Positions 53,204 to 53,467 of a stretch of 53,467 nt of DNA are shown here, in pieces. Under the pieces are notes generated by a model. The model was given only the letters and a program-made list of their open reading frames with translations. It ran no database searches and was not told the origin of the DNA. Each line of letters opens with the position of its first letter. The stretch's first letter is position 1. The translations under genes were made by a program, and so were the position numbers. This DNA comes from Prorocentrum cordatum (lineage: Eukaryota): NCBI GenBank assembly GCA_963575745.1, contig CAUYUJ010000313.1, positions 62,001-115,467 on the forward strand, written 5' to 3'.

Positions 53204-53467
53204 CGACGACGGCGACGGCGGCGACGCGACGTCCACGGCGGCGGCGGCCGGCTGCAAGGCGAGAAAACCGCGCCCAGAGGGGGGCTCCCGGGGCGTTGCT
53301 CGCGGGGTGACGCCGACACCGTCTGCCCGCGGGGCGTTGCGTGGTCGGCCGCAGGCGTCCTGGGCGCCGGGCGCCCCTGCGTTCCGTCGCCGCCACCGCG
53401 GGGAGAAGGGATGCTGAGAAGGAGCGAGGGAGGATGATGATGATGCTGATGCTGATGCTGATGCTGA

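Overview
Eukaryotic, GC-rich, repeat-dominated DNA. The GC-AG splice signals, micro-exons and retroelement types point to a dinoflagellate, possibly Prorocentrum-like; this is inference. Most long ORFs in the track are artefacts of (CAT)n, (CCT)n, (CGT)n and (GGT)n tracts. Five things are supportable from the sequence. (1) A decayed ~8.3-kb Ty1/copia-order LTR retrotransposon (minus strand, ~44220-52529) whose polyprotein carries a C5-DNA-methyltransferase-like domain between protease and integrase; its RT is split by a ~610-bp MITE-like insertion with a 10-bp TSD. (2) A 5'-truncated non-LTR retrotransposon (RT, RNase H, Cys-rich C-terminus) at 21739-24337, flanked by an exact 15-bp TSD. (3) The 3' end of a Helitron-like element (Pif1-like helicase C-terminus, hairpin, CTAG) at ~20110-20697. 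(4) A chain of phase-compatible micro-exons of an unidentified host gene on the minus strand (~26354 to ~21000), mostly with GC donors, with the LINE inside one intron. (5) Many tandem arrays (73, 90, ~160, ~43, 14 bp), hairpin elements and a 100-N gap. No rRNA, tRNA or CRISPR array was recognised. All domain calls come from motif recognition by eye, not from database searches.
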